From IMG/VR virus record IMGVR_UViG_3300031949_000064, positions 1 to 47,631 of that record: a stretch of 47,631 nt of DNA; one strand, written 5' to 3'. The notes under the pieces were generated by a model, which was not told the DNA's origin, made no database searches, and worked only from the letters and a program-made list of their open reading frames with translations. The DNA is from a virus (lineage: Duplodnaviria; Caudoviricetes). Shown piece after piece: positions 1 through 10,011 of the stretch. The translations under genes and the position numbers were made by a program. Every line of letters begins with the position of its first letter. Positions within the stretch are counted from its first letter, which is position 1.

Positions 1-531
1 GCCGACAGTGATGTCATTCGTCCACGGATATGTCGCGCTATTCATCGTATGGGACCCGCCGGTGACGCTCTGGTCATCCGTCAGATATGCGTTCACAGCG
101 TGGAGAATAGCGTCGCCGGCCTCGCAGCAACCAACCGACAATCCGTTCGGTCCAACGCTAACCGTTGCTGGGCTTGCCGGGTCAGGCTTGATCGCGACGC
201 CCGCAGCCGTGGACTCGAGGGCGCCGTCCGGGCCGAGGATCACCTCACCGCTCACGCAGCCGCCGGGCAAACTGAAGTCAATCGTGTCAGAGTCGACCAC
301 GCAGACGGGGCAACACTCAACAGACAAGCCCTCGGGTCCGCAGGATATCGGAGCGGGGCTCGCAGGATCGAGGACGATTGCGATTCCGTCAGGCGTATTC
401 GTAATGCAGCCGGCGGGGTCAGGGATCACTGTTGCCATGTGGCAATTGCCGGTAGCACCAGTGCCGGTCCATGAGACGGTATCGGTGTCTGCTACGCAGC
501 AATTGCAAAATTCAGCGCACCCACATGCCAT
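1..531 (-). CDS. Cys-rich tail fibre/tip protein, N-terminal part (runs off left end; absent from ORF track)
   Basis: Hand translation from ATG 531: MACGCAEFCNCCVADTDTVSW...NDITVG with no stop to base 1; GGGAG upstream; internal duplication ending DPASPA..S.GP.GLSV.CC. Confidence 0.75.
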   Translation of the reverse strand, partial: MACGCAEFCNCCVADTDTVSWTGTGATGNCHMATVIPDPAGCITNTPDGIAIVLDPASPAPISCGPEGLSVECCPVCVVDSDTIDFSLPGGCVSGEVILGPDGALESTAAGVAIKPDPASPATVSVGPNGLSVGCCEAGDAILHAVNAYLTDDQSVTGGSHTMNSATYPWTNDITVG

Positions 532-612
532 TAGGTTGCTCCCGTCCGCGTTGCCTGGGATCAATGATACCAAGCACTCAAGTCTGGTCGGCATTGTGCC
601 GATACAGGAATT

Positions 613-1077
613 ATGAAAACCTCGAAGACCGCCATATTATTGATTGCAGCGTTATTTTGCATTAGCGCCGCCGCGCCAAGCGCCGCGGTAGCGAAGCCGA
701 CGAAGGTCAAGCCGTGCAAGGTCAAGCACGGAAAGCCGGTCAAGTCGACGCCGAAAAATCCTTGCAAGAAGGTCAAGGCGCCAAAGCCAAGAACGCCCAT
801 CGTCCCCGTCGATCCAGTGGAGACAGCGGACCAGATCATTACGCCCAGTTACGGCGAGCTAAACATTGCGAATTTCCTGCATAATTGCGAGCGAAGAATC
901 GCCTCCTGGCGAAAGTTCTACCCAGGATCACAGCCGCCCATGTGTGAGTGGCCAGTCAACATGCCTAACTTCCCCCGCCCACTTTACGACGCTGCTCGCG
1001 CGGCGTGGGTTGATCTAAACGCAACACCAGCTCAGCTTGCAGAGATAGAAGCTGCAAGCCCTGATTCGTGGTTCTAA
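613..1077 (+). CDS. Secreted Lys/Pro-rich protein (moron-like, opposite strand)
   Basis: Signal-peptide-like N-terminus, then KPCKVK...PCKKVK; AGGA upstream; fills the gap between minus-strand genes. Confidence 0.65.
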   Translation: MKTSKTAILLIAALFCISAAAPSAAVAKPTKVKPCKVKHGKPVKSTPKNPCKKVKAPKPRTPIVPVDPVETADQIITPSYGELNIANFLHNCERRIASWRKFYPGSQPPMCEWPVNMPNFPRPLYDAARAAWVDLNATPAQLAEIEAASPDSWF

Positions 1078-1078
1078 A

Positions 1079-1933
1079 TCAGTCGCCTACGCGTGGCGGC
1101 TCGTCGCGCCAGAATGTTGCAACCGGGTGCAGGAACGCGACGCCGCTTTCGGTCAGCCCCTCACTCATGTCGAAGTGATATTTCGACACCACGAAGATTC
1201 TATTGGTGAGAGTTACAAAAGAATTCCCCGGTATTGGGAATATGGCGTGCATGTGAAAGACCTGCTGATGCTGCGGGCTATTCCCCTCACCTGACCATGA
1301 CCCGTGTATGTCGAATCTGTGTAGGTTTGTAGTGATGATGTCGCCGGGGACGACGATCTCTCCATACCCCGTAATGTAGAACGCCTCTTCGTACGGCGGC
1401 GTGCCCACATGAGGATCGGGTCCCGAGTCTGGCCTGCGCTTTCCGACCACCTTCATTTCATTAATTAGGTAATGACACCAAACCGTGCAGTCGAGCGGGT
1501 TTGTAATATCGAATTCGAATGTGTGGTCATTGTTGATTGTCTGGTGCGCGTTGTAGTTGGTAGACCCGCCAACCGTCAGAAGCGCGCCGCCAGAGCCAGC
1601 GTACGAATCTGTTAGCGCGCCCTCGGGGTACGCGAACAGAGTGCCATCAGCAGTGCGGGCAAGTGACTGACCGCACGGAGGGACGGCTCCTGGAAACGCT
1701 GTCCCGCTGGGCGGCACGGTCGCAGGGGAAGAATCAAATTGGTTGTATCCGACCTGATCTGTCGCGAGGCCGGCGACCTTGACATACACCCCGTCAGTGG
1801 TGTCCGGGTCAGCACGATCCACGCAGTCGAGCGAGCCGGTGTCAGCCAGCCGAGCCTCCGCGACGAGCTGCCCAGTGAGATCGTCGGTGTCCAGGGTGAT
1901 GCTGCAGCTGCTCATAAAGCACGGAATCGGCAT
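1079..1933 (-). CDS. Minor tail / receptor-binding protein (putative)
   Basis: 284 aa, beta-rich, downstream of tail-tip genes; GAGGG upstream. Confidence 0.55.
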   Translation of the reverse strand: MPIPCFMSSCSITLDTDDLTGQLVAEARLADTGSLDCVDRADPDTTDGVYVKVAGLATDQVGYNQFDSSPATVPPSGTAFPGAVPPCGQSLARTADGTLFAYPEGALTDSYAGSGGALLTVGGSTNYNAHQTINNDHTFEFDITNPLDCTVWCHYLINEMKVVGKRRPDSGPDPHVGTPPYEEAFYITGYGEIVVPGDIITTNLHRFDIHGSWSGEGNSPQHQQVFHMHAIFPIPGNSFVTLTNRIFVVSKYHFDMSEGLTESGVAFLHPVATFWRDEPPRVGD

Positions 1934-1934
1934 G

Positions 1935-2357
1935 TCAGTCGCCCTCTGTTTTCAGATTCGCTTTGAGCACCTCGTCGTGCGTGAGCACGACTGCGCCGAT
2001 GCTCTTTGCGTAACGCTCGGCCGCTGTCTTGCGGTGAAATCCGACCCACTTGTTTCGCCCCGTAGCGACGTAATGCTCCGGAGCAGTAGCTGCCTTCGGG
2101 ACGGGTCTGGCGAGGCGCTTCGCGGCGCCGCCGCCAGCTGCATAGCCGAGCTGCACGATGCCGTCGGAAACTGCCTTCTCAACGCCCACACCTGAGACGT
2201 AGAGATACTGACCGACCTCGCCCCCGGAGTGCTCCTTCAGCAGCGTCGCCGGCTGCGCGGGGCGCCCATCAGCTTGGCCGAACAGGATCGGGTTGCGCGG
2301 GCTTGCGCCGGGAATGCGCAGCGCCGCTGCTTTGCCGCCGCCGCATGAGCTACACAT
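1935..2357 (-). CDS. Hypothetical protein (starts MCSSCGGG)
   Basis: ATG 2357 overlaps the end of the upstream gene; earlier part of the track ORF is off-frame shadow. Confidence 0.6.
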   Translation of the reverse strand: MCSSCGGGKAAALRIPGASPRNPILFGQADGRPAQPATLLKEHSGGEVGQYLYVSGVGVEKAVSDGIVQLGYAAGGGAAKRLARPVPKAATAPEHYVATGRNKWVGFHRKTAAERYAKSIGAVVLTHDEVLKANLKTEGD

Positions 2358-2589
2358 TCTTCGCCGCCTTCTTCTTGGCTTTGGCCTTGGCCTTCGCCTT
2401 GGGTTTCGGCGCTGGCGCTGGCTCGGGCTCGGGCTTCGATGCGGGCTCCAGCTCCTCAACGGCGAGCAGTTCGAAGTAACCGCCCTTGACGAGCTTGGCG
2501 ACGTGGTCGTCCTCGGGCAAAAGCAATACGTCGCCAGCGGCGTGCGCATTGAATGTGCGGCTAACTCTCACTCGAAGCAACTTGGCCAT
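2350..2589 (-). CDS. Small protein with Lys/Ala-rich tail
   Basis: GGGGAG RBS; C-terminal PKPKAKAKAKAKKKAAK. Confidence 0.65.
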   Translation of the reverse strand: MAKLLRVRVSRTFNAHAAGDVLLLPEDDHVAKLVKGGYFELLAVEELEPASKPEPEPAPAPKPKAKAKAKAKKKAAKNV

Positions 2590-2628
2590 GCGTCGTCTCC
2601 CCTTGTCTACTGGAATCCTACACGCCGA

Positions 2629-2862
2629 CTAGGGCGCAATCTGATACGACGCATTGTTATTCGAAACGGTTTCGTCCTCAACGACGGCGTACAATCGGCG
2701 TTCGTAGACGCCGGGGCTTATGAGCACGCGACGACTCTCGAGTCTGATGCCTTGCAGCTTCGTGTAGAACCTGCGTTCGTCCCACATCTTATTGACGCGG
2801 CGAATGAGGTCCATCATCTGTTCTTCTGGCTTCGTTATTTTCCAGCCGTCGCGGATGCTCAC
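2629..2862 (-). CDS. Hypothetical protein
   Basis: GTGA overlap with upstream tail gene. Confidence 0.55.
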   Translation of the reverse strand: MSIRDGWKITKPEEQMMDLIRRVNKMWDERRFYTKLQGIRLESRRVLISPGVYERRLYAVVEDETVSNNNASYQIAP

Positions 2863-3929
2863 AGCAGGTCCCCCTCGTCGTCGCCGATCGGTGAGAACGT
2901 CACGCGGATCTGCTCAGAATCCCCCGCAGCCTCGGCGTCGACCGCGGTGAGTCGAACTGCCTGGCCAATCGGGATACACAGCGACTGCGAGTAGAACTGG
3001 AAGATGTTGCCTGGCACGAGCGCGTTGACGTGGATCGGCGTCTCCGGGGATAGCGACGAGCCTTGCGGAATGCTGATGTAGTACGGATGGCTCGAGGACA
3101 GGCGCTGGTACAGCGTCAGCGCGCGGTAGTCTGCACTGGCCTGGTCAAGGATGCTCTCGTCACTGGTGAGGTAGTCAGCGTGCCTGTAGCAGACCGTAGG
3201 CGGCGTCGGCGGGTAGATCGACACAATCCCATTGGCGCCCTTCACAATCACGCGTGTGGCCCTCTGATCGCCATCCAGCTTGACTTCTGGATCACCGTCG
3301 ATCTGCGTATCACGCAAAAACAGCGTGCCACACGTCTGAGTTTCCGGGCCAAGCAGCAACACGCCCGCGATAACAGTAGCGTCCAGCCCCGTATCGTAGA
3401 GCTCTTTCAGAGCCTCAGACGCGAACCGATGCTCCGTCGCCAACACCGTGCGGTCGGCGAGTATGCCTGTCGGGATCGACTGGATCGCCCACGGCAAATC
3501 GGAGAGATTCGAATCAGCGAAGTAGTCCAATGCGATGTCCGTGAGATCCGTTGCGACGTTGACGTGGTTGTCGTTCAGTAGCCTGCGCTCAGTCCACTTC
3601 AAAATGTCGTGCGCGTTGATCACGATGTTGTCGCGCCTGAAGGCCACGTCGCGCATGACCCATCCCTGCCACACAACGATGCCGTTGCGCTCGATGATCA
3701 GCTCGGTACGCAGCGGCTCGATCCGATTCGGCCCCTCACAACACGCCCGCAAGTCGGATCCCTGCACGGGGATCGTGAGTGTCGCAGAGCTGGGCTCGTC
3801 GAGCCGACGATTCCACAGTACGCTGGTGACCTTGCGCGCCTCGAGAATCACGCGGCCGTCGTTGACGAGGCGCGCGATGTACGATCCGCAGCCCAAGGGT
3901 CCTTGCGAGGTGACGGCGAGGCTAGGCAT
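2859..3929 (-). CDS. Minor tail protein (baseplate hub/Tal-like)
   Basis: Second gene after tape measure; W.RRLD..S.A and ELIIERNG.VVWQG motifs typical of actinophage minor tails. Confidence 0.75.
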   Translation of the reverse strand: MPSLAVTSQGPLGCGSYIARLVNDGRVILEARKVTSVLWNRRLDEPSSATLTIPVQGSDLRACCEGPNRIEPLRTELIIERNGIVVWQGWVMRDVAFRRDNIVINAHDILKWTERRLLNDNHVNVATDLTDIALDYFADSNLSDLPWAIQSIPTGILADRTVLATEHRFASEALKELYDTGLDATVIAGVLLLGPETQTCGTLFLRDTQIDGDPEVKLDGDQRATRVIVKGANGIVSIYPPTPPTVCYRHADYLTSDESILDQASADYRALTLYQRLSSSHPYYISIPQGSSLSPETPIHVNALVPGNIFQFYSQSLCIPIGQAVRLTAVDAEAAGDSEQIRVTFSPIGDDEGDLL

Positions 3930-5301
3930 AGACCTTGAATCGCTCGATCTTCACATGCGAACGCACCTGCCCAGCGCTCGGGTTCTCAACGAACTGCGTA
4001 TTGCCAAGATCCCACTCCACACACACGAAGATCCCATTGCAGCTCGACAGCAGCGGGAACGGGTCGGATCCGTTCGGTCCGAACACGCTATTCCAGCCGG
4101 GGAAGCAACGGTTATCACACAGCACCGTGATTCGATCCGTGCGCCCGTCAAGCACAAGCTGCGACCCCGGCGCCAAGTACGGAACCTCGAGTCGCGCACA
4201 CTCGTCCGCAGCGCCGTATCCCTGCGCCGCTATCTCGCTGTCACTCGGGCACGGCTTCTTCGGGTCATTCGTGTAGAACTTCAAACGCAGATTGCGCAAC
4301 CCTGCAGAGGTAAACCGTGGGTCGAGCGGGTTCTTGCCAGCGTCGATCGTGATCCGGTACGTCTCGTCCCGGTGGTTCGCCTGGTCGAATGCGCAGCAGC
4401 AGTCGATCGACACGCCCATAGGCTCGCAGAAACAGTAGTTCACACGCTGCGGCGGCTGCGGCAACACACACCCAAACGGCGGACACAGCGGGTCCTCGGT
4501 GCAATCCGGCACGACCTCAAATGCGTCGGGGCACCCATTCGTCCAATCAAAGCACTTCGTCGCTACGTTTTCGAGGTCAGCGAACTTGTCGAGGCACACG
4601 ACCGGTACGATCGAATACGATTCCGGCGTTTCGGTTTGGATCGTGAATGTGACCTTGCGCAAGCAGCAATCACAACTCGCCGACGCATCGTCCTCAACCT
4701 TCGTCACGCCGTCAATCAGTCCGGCGTTGACCCACTGATGCAGGCCAGTGTCCTCGGTTTCCTCAAGCTCGGGGCAACACGTCCGCGCGGTCATACACGT
4801 CAGACCGCACGAGCCAAGATTCCCACACCCATCGAGGCACGTTCCGGCGCCGCAGCCACCACCCTCAAGAATGCGCCTGACGAACTCCATTCCGTAGTCC
4901 ATGCCGCAACACGACGTCGCGACGAGCAATGCTTCGATGGCGAATGTGCGTCCGCCGTTCTGCGGCCTGCCGAGCGTCGCGCCGCGGCCGATGTTCTGTG
5001 TGGATGATCGTGCAAATGTCGAGTCGTTGAGCCCCGTGACCTTGGTAATGAACATGCCAAGGTATTCACTCGACTCGGGAATCTCCGGGTCGACCCAGCA
5101 GACGTTATCGGTCACGGGATCTGTGAAGTCTGATGCGTCGCCATCGTTGGGGCACCAACACTCGCGCGGCATTTCCACGCAGCAATTCATGTCCGCCCAC
5201 TGGCCATTCGCGGCAGCCCACTGCACATACGTCGACAGGCGAGCATTGTTTGCAAGCTCGGTACAGCCAAAGCACATGTATGAGAACGGAACGTGACTCA
5301 T
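3922..5301 (-). CDS. Distal tail (Dit-like) minor tail protein, Cys-rich
   Basis: Immediately follows tape measure (ATGA overlap); C-terminal V.YL.PG..LVLDG. Confidence 0.75.
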   Translation of the reverse strand: MSHVPFSYMCFGCTELANNARLSTYVQWAAANGQWADMNCCVEMPRECWCPNDGDASDFTDPVTDNVCWVDPEIPESSEYLGMFITKVTGLNDSTFARSSTQNIGRGATLGRPQNGGRTFAIEALLVATSCCGMDYGMEFVRRILEGGGCGAGTCLDGCGNLGSCGLTCMTARTCCPELEETEDTGLHQWVNAGLIDGVTKVEDDASASCDCCLRKVTFTIQTETPESYSIVPVVCLDKFADLENVATKCFDWTNGCPDAFEVVPDCTEDPLCPPFGCVLPQPPQRVNYCFCEPMGVSIDCCCAFDQANHRDETYRITIDAGKNPLDPRFTSAGLRNLRLKFYTNDPKKPCPSDSEIAAQGYGAADECARLEVPYLAPGSQLVLDGRTDRITVLCDNRCFPGWNSVFGPNGSDPFPLLSSCNGIFVCVEWDLGNTQFVENPSAGQVRSHVKIERFKVYA

Positions 5302-8300
5302 GCGAGGCTGAACGCTCCCCCAAGATTCGACATAACGATACCGCCGACTGCGGCCGGGTCGATCGCATTCGAGTGGACGTGTATCTGCGCGCTGCGATTG
5401 TCATTGTTTCCGCCGCGCTGCGCAAGCGTCTTGATCGCAGACACGAGCTCCTTCGTGCGCCCGGCGTTCATAACGTAGCCGTTCTGCTGCGGCATGAACA
5501 TCTCCCGGCCCCGCTCATTCCACTGGTACGCGCGCCCCTTCTGAACAGATCCGCCAGCGGCTCGTGGCTGCCATCCGAGGTGCATGTGATCCATGTGGTC
5601 GGGAACGAACCCGAATCCTGGATGGCCGCCCTTCCAAAGACTGTTCTGCCAAATCACCTGCTTGAATACGTTGCCAAAGCGGCTCATGAACGCAGACATC
5701 TTCGAGAGCAACGCATGCGAGTTTGAAGCATCGCCCCAGTCAATCGCCTGACCCAAGAGGTGCTGAGAAACGCCGGGTCCTGCGACCGTGTCGATGGATC
5801 GAAGTCCTGAGCCCATGTGCGATCCGAAGATTCGGTCGATGAGCTTTCCCTGCGCGAGCGTGTCGCCCCATCCGGAGGTTGGGTGCAAGAAGCCAAGCGG
5901 TCCCGCGCCGATGAATCCGGCTGGTATTCCGAGCTTCGCGGCGAGGATATTACTCAGGTCCTTGGGGGTGCCTCCCTTGCCGAGCAGAATGTCACTGATC
6001 TTCGGCGTGATGGCATTGGCGTTGACGGCGCCCTTGAAGAATGATCCGATATCTTGCACCCAGTTGCGAACAGGGTTCCACCGCGTTTTCAGTCCGCTAT
6101 CGAATCCTGACATGATCGCGTGACCAGCGGGCACGAGCAGTTTTCGGTCGGCGCTGATCGGCCCTTTATTCTTCTCGATCCATGCCGCTATGCCGGCAAT
6201 AAATATCTTCACAGACGCGAACCCTGCTCGCAGGCCAGACAGCAGGGTGTTCATAATGTTCTGACCGGTCTTGTGGAATGAAATGCCCGCCAACACAGTG
6301 CGGATCGACAACACGGAGCCAATCACTGCGGGAGCGAACTTCTGTGCGACCACCAATGATCGAAGCATGCCGGTGGCGAGGCTTGCGAACGCAAGGCGCA
6401 GTGCGTTCACCGTTCCTCGCAGGAAGACAAAGGCCAAGCCAAGGAACCGAGCGGACAGTGCCGCGGCAAGCGCATTGGGCGCGAATCGCTTGAGGCTCGC
6501 GCTCAATCCAACGATGCCGTTCTTCGTTGCATCGAGTTGCTGCTTGGCGAGTGAAACCCTTGCCTGGTCGCCCAGAGCCTTCAAAGCCTTGCGCCCACTA
6601 TCAGCGACCTTGCGCAATAGCCCGCCGAGTCCTGTGAGGACGTGCGCGACCGCACCTGTGAAGCCTGCGAATAGAGACTTCGACTCAACGGCCTTAGCCG
6701 CCGCGTCCTTCGTTGCCTGTCCCATCGCAGTGATTGCAGGTACCGCCACGTCGGAGGCAGCTTTGATTGACGTGCCGGTAGTCCGAGCAGTACCGCCGAG
6801 TCGTAGGTACGCCTCGTGCAGCTCTGCAGCGGTGGCGCCCGGATTCGACTTGCGGAACTTCGCGAACTCAACATTGACCGAATTGAGCGTCAGCTTGTCA
6901 GCCGCGCCCTTCACTCCGGTTAGCTTGAGCGCGATATCAGACAATCCCTCAAGGAACGGTCCGAGGCCCGGAATGAAATCTGTCATCGCCTTGGAAAAGA
7001 AGTTGATTCCATCGCGCGCGAGCTTGCTGCTGTCGTACAGCTTTTTCATCGCAACGCCGATACCTATCATTGCCGCGCCAACTATCACAACTGGATTCAA
7101 CGCGAGAGCAATCAGTGCGGCGGCAACACCCTCAAGAATGCCGACGATCCCGCCGGCCGCGATAATGAACCTGAACGCAGAGGCGATACCAGACAGTCCA
7201 ATAGCAATCGAGGCCAGCCCGCCCAAGGCACTAATGGTGAGCAGCGACGACACCACTGTTTTAGCACCTGGCACGTTCTCAAACAACGAATGGACCCCAG
7301 CGGCCAGGAATCCGATCGTCTTCACGACAGCATTGAGAGGGCCAGTTGTGCCAGACAGGTCAAGGAATAGTTGCGTCACGCTCACCAATGCTGGAAGAAG
7401 TACGGGAAGGAAGTCTCGAGTGGTCACCGTCACCAAGTCGACGAGCACCGGGAGCAGCTCCTCGCGAACAGTTTTGATCACCCCAGCTAGGCCAGGAGTG
7501 CTGCCAAGGTCAAGAAATGCTTTGCTCAGGTCGCGAACGAGTTGCCCGACCTCAATGATTGCTGGCATGCTCTGAGCGAAGAAGTTTGTGAGAGACACTT
7601 TCCCCTCGACGGTCTTGAGGAAGTTCGCAAAGCCGGTAGCACTCTTGGCAAGCAGCGCGATCAGATGATTGCCGAATGGCAATGCAGCTTCGAACACGCT
7701 GGCAAGGATGCTGCCAAGCGGTCCAAGTAGCCTGCCGAGCAGTTTGGTAGTGCGGATCATACGCTCGAAGAATTCTCGTAAGCCGCCACTTGCAATCCCA
7801 TTGCGAATGTTGTCTCCGAGCGCATTCGCCAAGCTATTGATTCCACCTACCACGAACAGGATGATCGGTCGCGCGGTGACGAGTACGTCGATCAGCGACT
7901 TGGCGAGCACGATACCGGTATCACCAAGGCTCGAAATGAGTCGATTGTTGAATGTGAGTAGCGTACGGATCGGGCCAATGAAATCCGTAAGCGCCTTGCC
8001 CGCCCTCTGCGCAAGGTCGCCAAGGGTGCGAGCGGTTCCTTCAAGCGGACCGCGCAGCGTCTCCAATGCGGGCGCGGCATCCTTTACCGCTTTGGTGAAT
8101 CCTGGCAGCGCCTGAGCCTGTAGGGCGCGTTGCAAACTAATGATCGCTGGTTTCATGCGATCAAGTTCGCGTACGAATGCTTGCGCCTCTGGCGTGAGCT
8201 TCGCAAGCTTCTTCTTGTCGATCTCGTCGCCGAGCCCGCCGAGCGCATCGGTCACTCCGGAGAGTGACAGCTTGGTGACGACCATTGCCTGAGAAAACGA

Positions 8301-8765
8301 AAGCAACACAGCCGGGGCAGAAACCAGCAACCCCGACAGCGTTCCTAAGGAAGCTGTGAGCGCAAGAATGCCGGCCGCCGCGGCCGATGCTGCTTGCGCC
8401 GCGAGCCCTACGGCGGCGACGAATGCGACGGGCTTGATCGTCTTGAATATCCTGCCGCCAAGATCAAGCGATCCAATGCGCTTCGAGAACGACTTGCCGA
8501 ACTCGATAGCCGCGATATCGCCGCCACCGCCGCCAGAGTCCTTGAACTGCTTTTGAAGTTTGACCTCATTGATCGTGGCGTCGATCTCGACGTTCGTCGA
8601 GTCCATCGACTCGATCTCACGCCGCGCCGCACTCGTATCGGCTTGCACGTCGACGGTGATGTCGGGTGCGCGCTTGCCCTCGGTCTGCAACTGCTGAAAG
8701 AAGCGCGAGAAATCGCCCTCGACGGTGACACTCGCAGACCCGATATTGCCTAGACCGCCAGCCAC
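5298..8765 (-). CDS. Tape measure protein with C-terminal putative Zn-peptidase domain
   Basis: 1155 aa Ala/Gly/Leu-rich helical protein after the tail chaperones; N-terminal IGSASV.V..D; C-terminal SQHLLGQAID...DHMDHMH. Confidence 0.93.
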   Translation of the reverse strand: MAGGLGNIGSASVTVEGDFSRFFQQLQTEGKRAPDITVDVQADTSAARREIESMDSTNVEIDATINEVKLQKQFKDSGGGGGDIAAIEFGKSFSKRIGSLDLGGRIFKTIKPVAFVAAVGLAAQAASAAAAGILALTASLGTLSGLLVSAPAVLLSFSQAMVVTKLSLSGVTDALGGLGDEIDKKKLAKLTPEAQAFVRELDRMKPAIISLQRALQAQALPGFTKAVKDAAPALETLRGPLEGTARTLGDLAQRAGKALTDFIGPIRTLLTFNNRLISSLGDTGIVLAKSLIDVLVTARPIILFVVGGINSLANALGDNIRNGIASGGLREFFERMIRTTKLLGRLLGPLGSILASVFEAALPFGNHLIALLAKSATGFANFLKTVEGKVSLTNFFAQSMPAIIEVGQLVRDLSKAFLDLGSTPGLAGVIKTVREELLPVLVDLVTVTTRDFLPVLLPALVSVTQLFLDLSGTTGPLNAVVKTIGFLAAGVHSLFENVPGAKTVVSSLLTISALGGLASIAIGLSGIASAFRFIIAAGGIVGILEGVAAALIALALNPVVIVGAAMIGIGVAMKKLYDSSKLARDGINFFSKAMTDFIPGLGPFLEGLSDIALKLTGVKGAADKLTLNSVNVEFAKFRKSNPGATAAELHEAYLRLGGTARTTGTSIKAASDVAVPAITAMGQATKDAAAKAVESKSLFAGFTGAVAHVLTGLGGLLRKVADSGRKALKALGDQARVSLAKQQLDATKNGIVGLSASLKRFAPNALAAALSARFLGLAFVFLRGTVNALRLAFASLATGMLRSLVVAQKFAPAVIGSVLSIRTVLAGISFHKTGQNIMNTLLSGLRAGFASVKIFIAGIAAWIEKNKGPISADRKLLVPAGHAIMSGFDSGLKTRWNPVRNWVQDIGSFFKGAVNANAITPKISDILLGKGGTPKDLSNILAAKLGIPAGFIGAGPLGFLHPTSGWGDTLAQGKLIDRIFGSHMGSGLRSIDTVAGPGVSQHLLGQAIDWGDASNSHALLSKMSAFMSRFGNVFKQVIWQNSLWKGGHPGFGFVPDHMDHMHLGWQPRAAGGSVQKGRAYQWNERGREMFMPQQNGYVMNAGRTKELVSAIKTLAQRGGNNDNRSAQIHVHSNAIDPAAVGGIVMSNLGGAFSLA

Positions 8766-9573
8766 TATGAGTCACCGCCCTTCTCGTCAGGCTTTTTCTT
8801 GCGCTTGCGGTGAACACTCAGCAGGCTTTCGCCCGATTCGTTCTTCTGCCAGCGCGCCGGATCGACGTACTGATCAGACCGCTGCTCGTCGCTCCCGATC
8901 CAGGTAAAGTCTATCCCGCTCTCAAGGTCCCGCTGCAAGCCGGCGTGGTGTTCCTCGTCGGTGTTCCTGAATATCCACGTTTCAACGATGCCACACCACT
9001 TCCACAGCGGCAGGGACATGAGGGTAACAGTGGGATGATCGGCGTTCAGGCCGTCGTGCGCACTCAGGTAGTACGAGAGCAGCGCTACGACACGTCCAAA
9101 GGGCGGCCACCATAGAACGTCGACAACTGCACGACAAGGCCGACGAGATACTTGCCGGTGATGCCTCGCTCATTCTGCGGCGACAAGCCGCGGACCTCGT
9201 CGAATATGTGCTTGTCCTCGTCGATAACCGCTTCGCGTATCGCGCGGAATGCGGCCATGGGATCGGCGGTCGCCTCGGCGATGTGTAGCGCGAAACTGGC
9301 TGGCATGTCTGCGTAGATTCGTAGTGTGCCGGTGCGGCCGAATGGGATCTCGACCGTCTTGAGATCGACGTCACTTGTGCGTAGCTCTGCCGAGAGCTTG
9401 GCGAATCCTTGGAGGTCGGGATTCTGCTCGTCGGGAACCGCGTTGGTTCCGGAAACCGTGACCGCTGCAGCTTGCACTGCTTGCTGCACGGTCTGCTGTA
9501 CTGGCGCGACGGGCAGGGGGGGCAGCGTCATTGCGTCCGATGTGGGCACGGCGACGGGCTGAGTGTCGTTCAC
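8765..9573 (-). CDS. Tail assembly chaperone, long (-1 frameshifted G-T) form
   Basis: After slippery C-CCT-TTG the -1 frame is open (FGRVVALLSYY...) into ORF 8765..9019. Confidence 0.75.
9085..9573 (-). CDS. Tail assembly chaperone, short form
   Basis: Position upstream of tape measure; ends FYGGRPLDVS. Confidence 0.8.
   Translation of the reverse strand: MNDTQPVAVPTSDAMTLPPLPVAPVQQTVQQAVQAAAVTVSGTNAVPDEQNPDLQGFAKLSAELRTSDVDLKTVEIPFGRTGTLRIYADMPASFALHIAEATADPMAAFRAIREAVIDEDKHIFDEVRGLSPQNERGITGKYLVGLVVQLSTFYGGRPLDVS
9097..9103 (-). other. -1 ribosomal frameshift heptamer CCCTTTG
   Basis: X XXY YYZ in the correct phase, 3 sense codons before the stop. Confidence 0.75.
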
Positions 9574-9582
9574 GGCGATTCC

Positions 9583-10011
9583 TTAGAGTAGGCGACCCTG
9601 ATTAGCGTTGAGCCTATCCCCCGCGGCGGTCACAGCGTCCCTGACGATGTGCATACCTTCGTGGGCCGGAATGTGCACTTCCTTCGCGAACACAGCCGCA
9701 CCCTCGCCGCCGCCCGGCGGGTCAAACCACCGCAATGCTTTCTTGCGCACGGGGCGAACGACGTGCGCGACGGTGTCTTCTTCGACGTAGATAGCGTGCG
9801 GCGAGGTGTTCCCGAACACGAGTTTTGGCGGGCTGCCGGGGATCAGCTCGAAATGGAAGCTGCGCTGGTACTGGCCGGTTCCACCAACGATGCGCTCGGC
9901 TGCGAGCTTCTGCGCCTCCTTGAGGCATTCCTTCGCGAACCTCTGATACCACACGATGATGTGTGGATTGTTCTCAAGCTGGAATGCGTCTATGTGGAAT
10001 TCAACGCTCAT
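9583..10011 (-). CDS. HK97 gp10-like neck/tail completion protein
   Basis: TGQYQRS, N..PHAIYVE, H..RP..KKALRW motifs. Confidence 0.7.
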   Translation of the reverse strand: MSVEFHIDAFQLENNPHIIVWYQRFAKECLKEAQKLAAERIVGGTGQYQRSFHFELIPGSPPKLVFGNTSPHAIYVEEDTVAHVVRPVRKKALRWFDPPGGGEGAAVFAKEVHIPAHEGMHIVRDAVTAAGDRLNANQGRLL

